Below, in pieces: positions 49,557-58,786 of a stretch of 64,000 nt of DNA. The notes below the pieces were generated by a model. That model was not told the DNA's origin and did no database searches. It worked only from the letters and a program-made list of their open reading frames with translations. Source of the stretch: Leptolyngbyaceae cyanobacterium clean351 (GTDB taxonomy: Bacteria > Cyanobacteriota > Cyanobacteriia > DAIDHW01). Numbering within the stretch: position 1 is the stretch's first letter; the number at the start of each line of letters is the position of its first letter. Both the position numbers and the translations under genes were made by a program. The stretch spans positions 905,530 through 969,529 of the forward strand of contig DAIDHW010000001.1 in the NCBI GenBank assembly GCA_027451865.1, written 5' to 3'.

Positions 49557-51749
49557 ATGTCCAAGACCTTCCCCGCTCCCACCGCCTTCCCCGTTTTCTA
49601 TCGCACCTACTCTCGTCGCACTCCGAGGGGGGCGCGGGAGACTTGGCCGGAAACCTGCGATCGCACCCTCTCAGGTCTAGCCCGTTTAGGGTCTCTGACC
49701 GCCGCCGAAGTGGATCTCCTAACCCGGCATCAAACTGCATTGCACTGCCTCCCATCCGGCCGATGGCTATGGGTTGGAGGCACTCCGTGGGTGGAACAAC
49801 CAGCCAACTTCCCCGGGGCTTACAACTGCACTTCCACCAACATCACCAGTTGGGAGTCCCTAGCAGACCTAATGGACTTGGCGATGATGGGGTGTGGGAC
49901 AGGAGCAGTCCTGGAATCCCACTACGTTTCCCAACTCCCCCCGGTGCGCAACCTCCTGCTTCCCCAGACCACCCCTATCGGCACCTCTCCTGGTCGCCAA
50001 GAAGACACGAGTGTCAGTCGGGTAAGCAATCTTACCACCATCCGTGTGGGGGACTCCCGCCGTGGCTGGGTGGACTCCTACCTAGCGCTGCTCCGTTTGG
50101 CCAGCGAGGAAGGGCTGGAGGGAATCCAGGAGGTTCAGGTCGACCTGAGTGCCGTCAGGGCTGCCGGAGAGCCCCTAAAGGGCTTTGGGGGTGTGGCCAA
50201 CCCGGTGAAGCTCTCTAGCCTTTACGGCCGCTGTGCCCGTATTCTCAACCGAGCAGTGGGACGGCAACTGACCCCACTGGAAGTGTGCCTGCTCATCGAC
50301 GAGGCGGCCATGACCGTGGTGGCCGGCAACATCCGCCGTTCAGCCGGGATGCGCCAGTTCTCCGCTGACGACCAGGAAGCCGCGATGGCCAAGCAGAACT
50401 TGTGGCAGCAGGGGAGTGACGGGCAATGGCGGATTGACCCAGAGCGAGATGCCCTCCGGATGGCCAACCACACCCGGGTCTTCCACCGCAAACCCACCCT
50501 CCAGGAGTGCATCGACTCGGTCCGGAGCCAGTACCACTCCGGGGAAGGAGCCATCCAGTGGGCAGGGGAAGCGGTGGCTAGGGCCAACGTGGACTTGGTG
50601 AAGGGGAGGAAAGCCTTCCTGGCCAGCTACCCTAACGTCAATCTGCGCTCTGACCGCATGGCCCGCTACGGACTGAATCCCTGTGGCGAGATTATCGGCT
50701 CCAACTTTTTCTGCAACCTCTCGGAAATTCACCTCAACACCCTCAACCCCGCGGACACTGCCGCCCAGAAAGAGGCTTTCCGTGCTGGGGGGCTATGGGT
50801 GGCGGCTCTGCTGCACCACAAGCTCACCAACCCCGTCTACCGAAAATCCCGGAAAGAGGACCCGATTGTGGGAGTGAGCTTCACCGGGTTGTTTGACTTT
50901 TTTGTCAACGCCTTTGGGGTGGAGTGGTTGGAGTGGTGGGCCCAAGGACGACCCCTGACACCCGAAGGGCTCGGGTACCGCAGTGCCGAAGCTGACTGCC
51001 TGCGCACCTGGCGACGAATAGCACACGATGCCGTCTGGAGCTACTGCGACCGCCACCACCTCAAGCGGCCCAACCGCTGCACCACCGTCCAACCCGCTGG
51101 GACCAAATCCCTCCTGACCGGAGCCTCTCCGGGATGGCATCCCCCCAAGGCTGCTCGGTTCATCCGGCGCATCACCTTCCGTCGGGGAGACCCGGTGGCC
51201 CTCGCCTGCCTGGACTACGGCTACTCCGTAGTCCCCAGCCAGTCGGACAAGGACGAGGATGGGCGGCTGTTGGATGACCCCTACCACCCCCGCTGCACCG
51301 AGTGGCTGGTGGAAATCCCCGTGGCCACCTCCTGGGCAGACCTGCCGGGATGTGACCAGGTGGACATCTCCCGGTTCTCCGCCTTGGCCCAGTTCGACTT
51401 CTACATGCAGGTGCAGCGCCATTACACCACCCACAACACCTCTGCCACCATTGAGCTCAGAGAGGCCGAAATCGAGGCTCTGGGAGCACGTATCCACCAA
51501 GCCATCCAGGAAGATGAGGGCTACGTCTCTGCCGCCCTGCTGGCCCGATTTGACAGCTTGGAGACCTTCCCCCGTCTCCCCTTCGAGCCCGTCTCCAAGG
51601 AGCGGTATCAGGAGTTAATGGCGGGGGTGGAAGGGCGTCGTAAAACTGCTGACTTTGGCGCCTCCCTGCAACAGTACGATTTCCCCATAGCCCAGACTGA
51701 GGCAGGACCGGCCGGGTGTGATTCAGACAAGTGTCTATTCCCGGCTTGA
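49557..51749 (+). CDS. nrdJ: ribonucleotide reductase, class II (adenosylcobalamin-dependent, monomeric type)
   Basis: Active-site Cys/Glu motif NPCGEI (YGLNPCGEIIGSNFF) and 730-aa single-chain size; class assignment from motif, not a search. Confidence 0.7.
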   Translation: MSKTFPAPTAFPVFYRTYSRRTPRGARETWPETCDRTLSGLARLGSLTAAEVDLLTRHQTALHCLPSGRWLWVGGTPWVEQPANFPGAYNCTSTNITSWESLADLMDLAMMGCGTGAVLESHYVSQLPPVRNLLLPQTTPIGTSPGRQEDTSVSRVSNLTTIRVGDSRRGWVDSYLALLRLASEEGLEGIQEVQVDLSAVRAAGEPLKGFGGVANPVKLSSLYGRCARILNRAVGRQLTPLEVCLLIDEAAMTVVAGNIRRSAGMRQFSADDQEAAMAKQNLWQQGSDGQWRIDPERDALRMANHTRVFHRKPTLQECIDSVRSQYHSGEGAIQWAGEAVARANVDLVKGRKAFLASYPNVNLRSDRMARYGLNPCGEIIGSNFFCNLSEIHLNTLNPADTAAQKEAFRAGGLWVAALLHHKLTNPVYRKSRKEDPIVGVSFTGLFDFFVNAFGVEWLEWWAQGRPLTPEGLGYRSAEADCLRTWRRIAHDAVWSYCDRHHLKRPNRCTTVQPAGTKSLLTGASPGWHPPKAARFIRRITFRRGDPVALACLDYGYSVVPSQSDKDEDGRLLDDPYHPRCTEWLVEIPVATSWADLPGCDQVDISRFSALAQFDFYMQVQRHYTTHNTSATIELREAEIEALGARIHQAIQEDEGYVSAALLARFDSLETFPRLPFEPVSKERYQELMAGVEGRRKTADFGASLQQYDFPIAQTEAGPAGCDSDKCLFPA

Positions 51750-52200
51750 CCAAAACCTAATAACTCTCTTAGACTCCAGGGCCCTAGGGAGCCCTGGGAT
51801 GGCAGGGTTTAGCCTGCCTCATCCCCCTCCACCTATACGACCCCTACTCTGCCTTACCTCTCTCCTCCTAGTAATCGCTCTGCCTCCAGAGTCGGCAAGA
51901 CCAACTCCCTCCTTGGGAGCGGTAACAGACTTGATTGGCCCCGGTCATGTTGGTAGCATCCTCCGCACTACCACTAGGAATGAGTTAGCCAAACTATTCG
52001 GTCCTGGTAGTCTTGTAGACCTTGTGGCCTCCGGAGCCGAGGGGGAAGGGAAATACCCTGCCACCGCCATCAGGGTCCATAGCCACCAAGCCCTAGTGGT
52101 GCTGTGGGCTGATCAACAGCGCCAGCAGGCCCGGGAAGTGTGGATTTATGATCCCCGCTGGCATATACCCCAGAGGGGATCGCCGTTGGCCTGCCAGTAG
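51718..52200 (+). CDS. hypothetical secreted protein, possibly the 5' part of a frameshifted gene
   Basis: Signal-peptide-like segment (LLCLTSLLLVIALPPESA); ORF ends at 52200 and the adjacent frame continues without a stop from 52152. Confidence 0.3.
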   Translation: MIQTSVYSRLDQNLITLLDSRALGSPGMAGFSLPHPPPPIRPLLCLTSLLLVIALPPESARPTPSLGAVTDLIGPGHVGSILRTTTRNELAKLFGPGSLVDLVASGAEGEGKYPATAIRVHSHQALVVLWADQQRQQAREVWIYDPRWHIPQRGSPLACQ

Positions 52201-52205
52201 CCAAG

Positions 52206-52463
52206 TTGCAACAGATGTTCGGTAAGTTTCGCTTTTTTGGCTTCGAGTGGGACTACGGCGGCCATCTCCTCCTAGGTAACCGGAAACTCGACGAGCATCG
52301 CCGGCGTCTAGGACTAGACCTAGTCCTAGGTTTAGCCGCAGGCAGTTGCCGGCAGTCTTCCAGAGCCTGCAAGGCCACGCTCGGCGAGCGCAAACTATCT
52401 AGCTCTCAGCCGGAGGTAAGGCAACTCCCGGTGAGAATCACTTCTCTGGCCGTAGAGCTTTAG
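52206..52463 (+). CDS. hypothetical protein, possibly the 3' part of the same frameshifted gene
   Basis: Open frame runs from 52152 (after a TGA) and overlaps the upstream ORF's end; first ATG at 52215. Confidence 0.25.
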   Translation: MQQMFGKFRFFGFEWDYGGHLLLGNRKLDEHRRRLGLDLVLGLAAGSCRQSSRACKATLGERKLSSSQPEVRQLPVRITSLAVEL

Positions 52464-52465
52464 AT

Positions 52466-53266
52466 CTAGACCGGGGGGGCTGACTTTAGATCAATGGTCA
52501 GCTCTGGCCGTGGAAAATTATCGACAGTGACCAGAACCACTGTAATGTTATCCTTCCCCCCCTTTTCCTTAGCAGCGTTGACTAGGGAAGCCACTGCTTT
52601 TTCACTGGCACGAATACTCTTGAGGTAAGAGGCAATAGTTTGGTCAGAAAGCTCCTCTGTTAATCCATCACTGCACAACAATAGGCGGTCGGCTGGATGC
52701 AGGTCCAGACGTTGGATCGTGACTTCGGCCAAGTCTTCGCGTCCTAAACATTGGGAGAGAACGTGCCGCCAAGGGTGCGTGCGTGCCTGGTCAGCTGTCA
52801 TCTCCCCGGTGCGCATCGCCTGGGCTACCCAGGTGTGGTCCTCCGTCAACTGCTCTAAATCATAGCCCCGGAGACGGTACAGGCGCGAGTCCCCCACGTG
52901 GGCACACCATACCTCCTCTACTTTATCGCCCTCAGGCAGAGTCTCTTCTCGGAACAGCAGCACGACGATGGTCGTACCCATGTCGGAGCGTTCGGGATGC
53001 TGTTGCTGGTCCTTGACTATTTCTCGGTTGGCTAGTACCAAAGCTGCCCGGAGCATCTGGGGGGAGGTCAAGTCCGAGTCCCAGTGCTCATTCAGGTGAG
53101 CTTGAATCGCCTGGGTAGCAATTCTACTGGCTTCCTGACCCCCAGCATGGCCCCCCATGCCGTCGGCAACTATGAAAAAGCGGCCGTGTGGGTCGATATA
53201 ATAGTAATCTTGATTGGATGACCGCAGCAGACCCGGATCAGTGAGGCCCGTAAAAAAACACTTCAT
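52466..53266 (-). CDS. PP2C-family Ser/Thr protein phosphatase
   Basis: PPM motifs ([29 protein letters not shown]). Confidence 0.85.
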   Translation of the reverse strand: MKCFFTGLTDPGLLRSSNQDYYYIDPHGRFFIVADGMGGHAGGQEASRIATQAIQAHLNEHWDSDLTSPQMLRAALVLANREIVKDQQQHPERSDMGTTIVVLLFREETLPEGDKVEEVWCAHVGDSRLYRLRGYDLEQLTEDHTWVAQAMRTGEMTADQARTHPWRHVLSQCLGREDLAEVTIQRLDLHPADRLLLCSDGLTEELSDQTIASYLKSIRASEKAVASLVNAAKEKGGKDNITVVLVTVDNFPRPELTIDLKSAPPV

Positions 53267-53310
53267 CGATGGTTACAAGGCGGACAACTTGAATAAACCC
53301 AATCTATTTC

Positions 53311-55074
53311 CTAGGACATACGCTCTAGACGACCCAGGCGTACTATCAATCGCAGAAGAGCCAAACCCACCATCCCCAATCCTGCTAGGGCAAATAATGC
53401 TAACCAGACGTGGTGATTAACATAAAGGATAACTGATGATAACATTAGGGCGGCACCAAAAATAGTATAGTTGGTGCCGACTTGCAGGGTGCCCAGTCGT
53501 CTCAACAGTCGGTCGCTTTCCGTTGACCGCGTCCTTAGGCGCAGGTCTCCGCGCTCCAGTTTCTCGAGGGTGGTTTCGATCCGCCGCGGTAATCCTAGGG
53601 CTGAGGTGCTCACTTGGGCTGCCTGCCGTCCCAGATCTCCCAATAAGCTCCCGCCATCAGGGTTTTTGTTACTACTCATAAATTGTAGGGCGAAAGGCTG
53701 TGCCACTTCCATGAAGTTGAATTTCGGGTCTAGTCCCTTCCCCACCCCCTCCAAGGTGGAAAAGGCACGCATGACGAAAGTGAAAGTAGCCGGGAAGCGA
53801 AAGGGTTGGTCGTAGGCAATCTCGTAGAGGTCATCACTGATGGCGGCCACGGATTGCTGCTCAAAGGGCTTGTCCATCAGGTTATCCATAATGTACTGCA
53901 CAGAACGGCGGACCGGCCCCAGGTCTTCTACCTCAGCTAGGGCACCTAGGTCGATGAGGGTCAGAACTACCCTATCCCCGTCTTTCTGAGCAATGCTAAA
54001 GAGCAGGTCGGTTAGTTTTTGGCGGGTAATGGGGGATATCCGCCCCATCATGCCGAAATCATAAAAAATCAATTCCCCCTGGGGAGTAACAGCTAGGTTG
54101 CCGGGATGGGGGTCAGCATGGAAAAAGCCATGGTGCAGAAGCTGATGCAGGTAGGCCTCGGCACCCAATTTAGCCAGGCGGCTGCGGTCAAGGCCAGCGG
54201 CCTCTAGGGCTTCGTTATGGCTAATTTTAATCCCAGGCAGGTATTCCAAGGTCAGTACCCGGGGAGAGGTGTAACGCCAGTAGACTCGAGGCACAACCAC
54301 CCAGTCAAGACTACGAAAGTTACGCCTAAAGGTATCGGCATTACTGCCTTCCTTGAGGTAATCAATCTCCTCGTAGAGGATCCGACAACACTCCTCGTAA
54401 ATCCCCAGCCAGTCCCGCCCCCGGCCCCAGTAGGGATGCCCCTGAAAATAGCCGGCGATGCTCCGCAGAATTGCCAAGTCAATCTCAAAGAGCTTGCGCA
54501 ATCCCGGCCGCTGGACCTTGACTACCACCTCTTCGTGAGAATGCAGGCGGGCCCGGTGGACTTGGCCGAGACTCGCAGCCGCGAGGGGCACAGGATCAAT
54601 ACTGGCAAAGGACTCTTCCCCACCTTTGCCTAGGTCTTGGTTAAGAATCGCCCTGACTTGTTCATAGCTAAAGGCAGGCACCTTATCCTGCAGCTTGGAT
54701 AGCTCCTCTACGTACTCGCTAGGAAACAGATCGGCGCGAGTAGAGAACAGTTGTCCTACCTTGATGAAGGTGGGCCCTAAATCCAAGATGGTCTCTCGAA
54801 TCCAGATGGCCTGAGCTCGGCGACGGGCATTGCGTTTAGCATCTGTCATGCCTCCCCAATAACTCCAGGACTTGTTGTTCAGCCAGAGGGAGAACAGCAA
54901 GGTCAAGACGAAGGTCCAGATGTCCAGGAACCGGCGCTCTCGGGAGTATTTCTCCCGGTTCCAGCGGTAGTTTTTCCGTGGGCGGACAGGCTTCTGGGGT
55001 GCACCACCACAGTTCACTTGAACTTCCAAGCCAGGGGGAGAGGAGGGGTAACGAGCATCAGGGATGGCAGACAC
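53311..55074 (-). CDS. ABC1/UbiB-family atypical kinase
   Basis: ABC1 signature (IASASLGQVHRA, HADPHPGN); C-terminal hydrophobic helices. Confidence 0.8.
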   Translation of the reverse strand: MSAIPDARYPSSPPGLEVQVNCGGAPQKPVRPRKNYRWNREKYSRERRFLDIWTFVLTLLFSLWLNNKSWSYWGGMTDAKRNARRRAQAIWIRETILDLGPTFIKVGQLFSTRADLFPSEYVEELSKLQDKVPAFSYEQVRAILNQDLGKGGEESFASIDPVPLAAASLGQVHRARLHSHEEVVVKVQRPGLRKLFEIDLAILRSIAGYFQGHPYWGRGRDWLGIYEECCRILYEEIDYLKEGSNADTFRRNFRSLDWVVVPRVYWRYTSPRVLTLEYLPGIKISHNEALEAAGLDRSRLAKLGAEAYLHQLLHHGFFHADPHPGNLAVTPQGELIFYDFGMMGRISPITRQKLTDLLFSIAQKDGDRVVLTLIDLGALAEVEDLGPVRRSVQYIMDNLMDKPFEQQSVAAISDDLYEIAYDQPFRFPATFTFVMRAFSTLEGVGKGLDPKFNFMEVAQPFALQFMSSNKNPDGGSLLGDLGRQAAQVSTSALGLPRRIETTLEKLERGDLRLRTRSTESDRLLRRLGTLQVGTNYTIFGAALMLSSVILYVNHHVWLALFALAGLGMVGLALLRLIVRLGRLERMS

Positions 55075-55111
55075 TGAATTTCCTGCAGAACAGACCTAAA
55101 TAGTACTAGCC

Positions 55112-55408
55112 CTAATAGTTCTTTAGTTCGGCTCTTAGCCGGGCAACTTCGGCGCGCAGGTCATCTAAGGTGGCCTGCAGGTCGGCGGTGGGACTATGCC
55201 ATGGCTGTGGCTGAGCAACAGTATCATCCATCGAACTCTCGGCACGTTCCTGGACTTGGAGAATAAACTCGTGCAGCCACTCGCGCTGTTCAGCATCAAA
55301 CCTGCCTAGTCCACTGAGGCATTGGACTAGGGCATTTTCTAATTGTTCGTTAAGGGTTTCAGCAAAGCTTCTGCCTAGAAAAAAGGCGTGGACGGGAGAT
55401 TTGTTCAT
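55112..55408 (-). CDS. hypothetical protein
   Basis: 98-aa helical ORF with coiled-coil-like C-terminus. Confidence 0.4.
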   Translation of the reverse strand: MNKSPVHAFFLGRSFAETLNEQLENALVQCLSGLGRFDAEQREWLHEFILQVQERAESSMDDTVAQPQPWHSPTADLQATLDDLRAEVARLRAELKNY

Positions 55409-55453
55409 GGCAAACTTTGCATATCTTTACTGGGATTATAACCTAGCCAGGCC

Positions 55454-56539
55454 CTAGGGAGATGGGCTGGTGACAGTCACTGGCCAGTTGGGTTGCGGGG
55501 GAAAACTCTGGTCGTGGCGAAACATAGGCAGGGCAGTCAAAATGCCTAACCGCAGACCTAGGCCTAGGGCCGCACCCAGGAAACCAGCCCAAAAAGAGAT
55601 GTACAGCAAGCTCCGGGGAGCTGGATGGGGCCCTGAGGAGGAGTGACTAGGGGACATGGGCTTCGCTTTACCTTGGTTTTTACTGGGTTTGGCGGGTCGG
55701 GTCTCCGGGCGCACCAGGGGCGGGGGAGCCATCTCGGGCAACAGCTCCAACCAAGCCTGCACAGTTTGGGGCCGAGCATCCGCCTCGATTTCCAGGCCTC
55801 GCAGGATTGCCACTTCAAGGGCGGGCGGAACCTCTGGAGACCATTGCTTGAGACTGGGCAAGCGCACTCGGTTACGGAGGGGAGCCGCCACTGGGGAATT
55901 ACCACCCAGGAGAAAGTAAAGGGTGGCAGCTAAGGAGTAAACGTCGGTGGCAGGGCTGAGACGACTCTGGGGTAAGTATTGCTCTAGGGGAGCATAACCA
56001 TCGGTGAAGATGCCCGTCTGGACCTGCTCGGCGTGGATAGACTGCTCACGGGCGATGCCAAAGTCAATTAGTACTACTGAGTTAGTGCCTTGACGGCGAA
56101 TTATATTTTGGGGTTTAACATCTCGGTGTAGCAGCCCCTGACCATGGACGGCCACCAAAGCCCGGCCAATCTGACGGATGTACTGGAGAGCTAGAGAAGG
56201 AGCTAGGGGCTGCTTAGGACTGACGACCTCGTCTAGGGTTTGGCCAGGAACATAGTCCATGACCATAAATAATCCCCCATCCTCTTCAAAAAAGTCTAGG
56301 ACCCTGACAATGTGAGGATGTTGGCAGCGGGCCAGGTGGCGAGCTTCCCGTAAAAAGCGCTGGCGGAGGTTTTTCAGGTCCAGACCAGTGGCAAGGTTAG
56401 GCTGGAGAGTCTTGATCACCACAGGCTGGTCCAAGTACATGTGGGAGGCCTGGTAGGTGACCCCAAATCCTCCTTGCCCTAAGACCTTTTGCAGGATGTA
56501 CTTGTTACCCTGAAGTATTTGCCCGGCGGCTAGCTGCAT
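55454..56539 (-). CDS. Hanks-type Ser/Thr protein kinase with C-terminal membrane anchor
   Basis: GQGGFG loop, VVIK, HRDVKPQN, DFG, APE; Pro-rich linker and C-terminal hydrophobic helix. Confidence 0.85.
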   Translation of the reverse strand: MQLAAGQILQGNKYILQKVLGQGGFGVTYQASHMYLDQPVVIKTLQPNLATGLDLKNLRQRFLREARHLARCQHPHIVRVLDFFEEDGGLFMVMDYVPGQTLDEVVSPKQPLAPSLALQYIRQIGRALVAVHGQGLLHRDVKPQNIIRRQGTNSVVLIDFGIAREQSIHAEQVQTGIFTDGYAPLEQYLPQSRLSPATDVYSLAATLYFLLGGNSPVAAPLRNRVRLPSLKQWSPEVPPALEVAILRGLEIEADARPQTVQAWLELLPEMAPPPLVRPETRPAKPSKNQGKAKPMSPSHSSSGPHPAPRSLLYISFWAGFLGAALGLGLRLGILTALPMFRHDQSFPPQPNWPVTVTSPSP

Positions 56540-56583
56540 AGGTTCAGCTTAACTTTGCAGCCATATTAGCAGAAATTTCTTAC

Positions 56584-57924
56584 CTAAGGTTTTGGGGGAG
56601 GAAAGTGGCTACGCACAAAGGAAATGGCCTCAGTACGCCCTTGTACCTCGCCGTCCAAGGTTGCCCCGAGGAGCACCTCGAGAATTTCCCTGAATTGAGG
56701 GCCAGGCTGGTAGCCCAATTCTAGTAGGTCCTGGCCAGTTAAGGGGGGAGGAGTCTGAGACCAGATGGTTAGGTAGTTCCAGACCCACCGCCGGACTGGT
56801 CCCGGGTTTCTGAGGGTCACTAGGTGCAAGACCGACCGACTCCACCCCTTGAACAGAACCACCGCCTGACTAGGAGTCAGCCAAGACCCCAGGTGATTGA
56901 CCAGTTGGGCTTCGGCGGCTGCTAAATCCTCCAGGTGACGGAGGCTTTCCTGGGGTAAGTGGAGAGCTAGGGCAGCCTCAGCCCGGGCGGTGGTGGCCAG
57001 CTGGGCCAGGATAACCTCCAGGCGACCCGGCCAAGGGGGTAAGGCACAACGGTTGGCTAACCTCAGTTGTCGCTGCAGGCTAGTACTCCAAATCAGGTCA
57101 GGATGGATACAAGCCAAGGCCCCCAACTGGGCGAGCTGATTGAGGGCGGCGAGCCACTGGCGATTGGTGGTCATGGTCAGCAGGCACTCTAGTTCCATCC
57201 CCAGGCGGCTGCCTAGACCCGGGGGTCGTGACCCGGGCCCGGCTCGGTGAAGGAGCTGGCGGTAAAACTGGCTGGCCTGCCGCATTAGGGATTGATCGGT
57301 AACAGTAATAGCAAAGCCCAAGCGGCAGCTAAACCTCACCCCGCGATAGATTCGGGTGGGGTCCTCAATGAAGCTGCCCGGGTGGAGGGCGCGAATCACA
57401 TGGTTATGCAGGTCCTCCAACCCGCCATGGAGGTCAATCAATTCCCCAGGGTGGGGCGAGGTAAGGCAGATTGCCAAGGCATTGATCGTAAAGTCGCGCC
57501 GGTACAGGTCTAGGGCTAGGGTACTCGGCTCGACCTGGGGATTGGCAGCTGGGTAGGGATAGGACTCCCGGCGGGCAGTAGTTAGATCGAGGGCTAAGGG
57601 AGTCGGCTGATGCCAAGCCAGGGTAGCAGTCTGAAATTCCCGGTACACCTGCAACCGAGAGGTCGGGTCTTGCTGATGGAGAGCCTGGGCCAAGGCAATG
57701 GCGGGAGGCAAGCCCTCTAAGGGGGGGCCCTCAACAGTTAGATCCAAGTCCTGTTTGAGGTCTATTCCCAGTAACAGGTCCCGTACCGCCCCCCCGACTA
57801 GGTACACCTGCCATCCCCGAGACTCAGCTAAGGAGGCAACCTGCCTCAGCAGTCCCTGAGCCGAGGGAGACAGGGCCTGGCCAAGCTGCAGCAAGAGGTT
57901 TTGCTTCAAGGTAACCCGGCCCAT
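56584..57924 (-). CDS. tRNA nucleotidyltransferase (CCA-adding enzyme) / poly(A) polymerase family
   Basis: Head-domain motif LVGGAVRDLLLG...DLDL. Confidence 0.75.
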   Translation of the reverse strand: MGRVTLKQNLLLQLGQALSPSAQGLLRQVASLAESRGWQVYLVGGAVRDLLLGIDLKQDLDLTVEGPPLEGLPPAIALAQALHQQDPTSRLQVYREFQTATLAWHQPTPLALDLTTARRESYPYPAANPQVEPSTLALDLYRRDFTINALAICLTSPHPGELIDLHGGLEDLHNHVIRALHPGSFIEDPTRIYRGVRFSCRLGFAITVTDQSLMRQASQFYRQLLHRAGPGSRPPGLGSRLGMELECLLTMTTNRQWLAALNQLAQLGALACIHPDLIWSTSLQRQLRLANRCALPPWPGRLEVILAQLATTARAEAALALHLPQESLRHLEDLAAAEAQLVNHLGSWLTPSQAVVLFKGWSRSVLHLVTLRNPGPVRRWVWNYLTIWSQTPPPLTGQDLLELGYQPGPQFREILEVLLGATLDGEVQGRTEAISFVRSHFPPPKP

Positions 57925-58021
57925 TTTTCGCTAATTTCCCCAAGAGATTCTGATAATCTAGGCTTAGGACTGGTCGCAAGCCCGGGGTCTAGTCCATTGA
58001 AAACTACCTGCAGCAAAACAA

Positions 58022-58213
58022 ATGTTAACAATTGCCTTTCAAGTTTGCCTAACTGCCCTAGTGTTATTGTCCTTCCTAATGGTGATCGGCGTACCGGTAG
58101 CCTACGCCACTCCCCAAAACTGGAACCAATCTAAGAGCTTAATGCTCCTGGGGTCCCTTCTTTGGGTGGTTTTAGTAGTTTTGGTGGGTGTACTGAACTT
58201 TTCTGTGGTCTGA
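58022..58213 (+). CDS. psbZ: photosystem II reaction centre protein Z
   Basis: 62-63-aa two-helix protein with the conserved PsbZ core [13 protein letters not shown] ... VGVLNF. Confidence 0.85.
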   Translation: MLTIAFQVCLTALVLLSFLMVIGVPVAYATPQNWNQSKSLMLLGSLLWVVLVVLVGVLNFSVV

Positions 58214-58225
58214 GTATTAGGCTGC

Positions 58226-58774
58226 ATGACAGTTTTTGAAGGTAATTTCAGTAATACTGAGCATCTCCACCTGGCAGTTGTCATTGGTAGATTCAATGAC
58301 CTAATCACCAATAAGCTTTTGAGCGGTTGCCAAGACTGTCTTAAGCGCCATGGAGTAGACCCTGACCCCCAGGGTGACCAGGTAGATTATGTCTGGGTAC
58401 CGGGGAGCTTCGAAATCCCCCTAGTGGCTCGTCAGCTAGCCCTTACAGGCAACTATGATGCGGTCATTTGTCTGGGAGCTGTAATCCGTGGTCAAACCCC
58501 CCACTTTGACTACGTGGCTGCAGAAGTAGCCAAGGGGGTGGCAGCAGCTAGTTTTCAGACCGGCGTACCGGTAGTGTTCGGGGTCTTGACCACAGACACT
58601 TTACAGCAAGCCCTAGAGCGGGCGGGCATCAAGGCTAATCACGGTTGGGACTACGCCATGAATGCCCTGGAGATGGCCAGTTTAATGAGACAGTTGCGGG
58701 GCACCCTCAGATCTCCCCAGGCGGCCCTAGTCCCGGGGGCCGCCACTCCCCTACTAGACCCCTCCGCCGTTTGA
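58226..58774 (+). CDS. ribH: 6,7-dimethyl-8-ribityllumazine synthase
   Basis: Lumazine synthase motifs ([30 protein letters not shown]). Confidence 0.9.
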   Translation: MTVFEGNFSNTEHLHLAVVIGRFNDLITNKLLSGCQDCLKRHGVDPDPQGDQVDYVWVPGSFEIPLVARQLALTGNYDAVICLGAVIRGQTPHFDYVAAEVAKGVAAASFQTGVPVVFGVLTTDTLQQALERAGIKANHGWDYAMNALEMASLMRQLRGTLRSPQAALVPGAATPLLDPSAV

Positions 58775-58786
58775 GCTCATAGGGGC

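Noticed and set aside
49654-49661. HIP1 palindrome (GCGATCGC)
   Set aside because: Only one copy noticed in 64 kb, so it is not a meaningful repeat family here.
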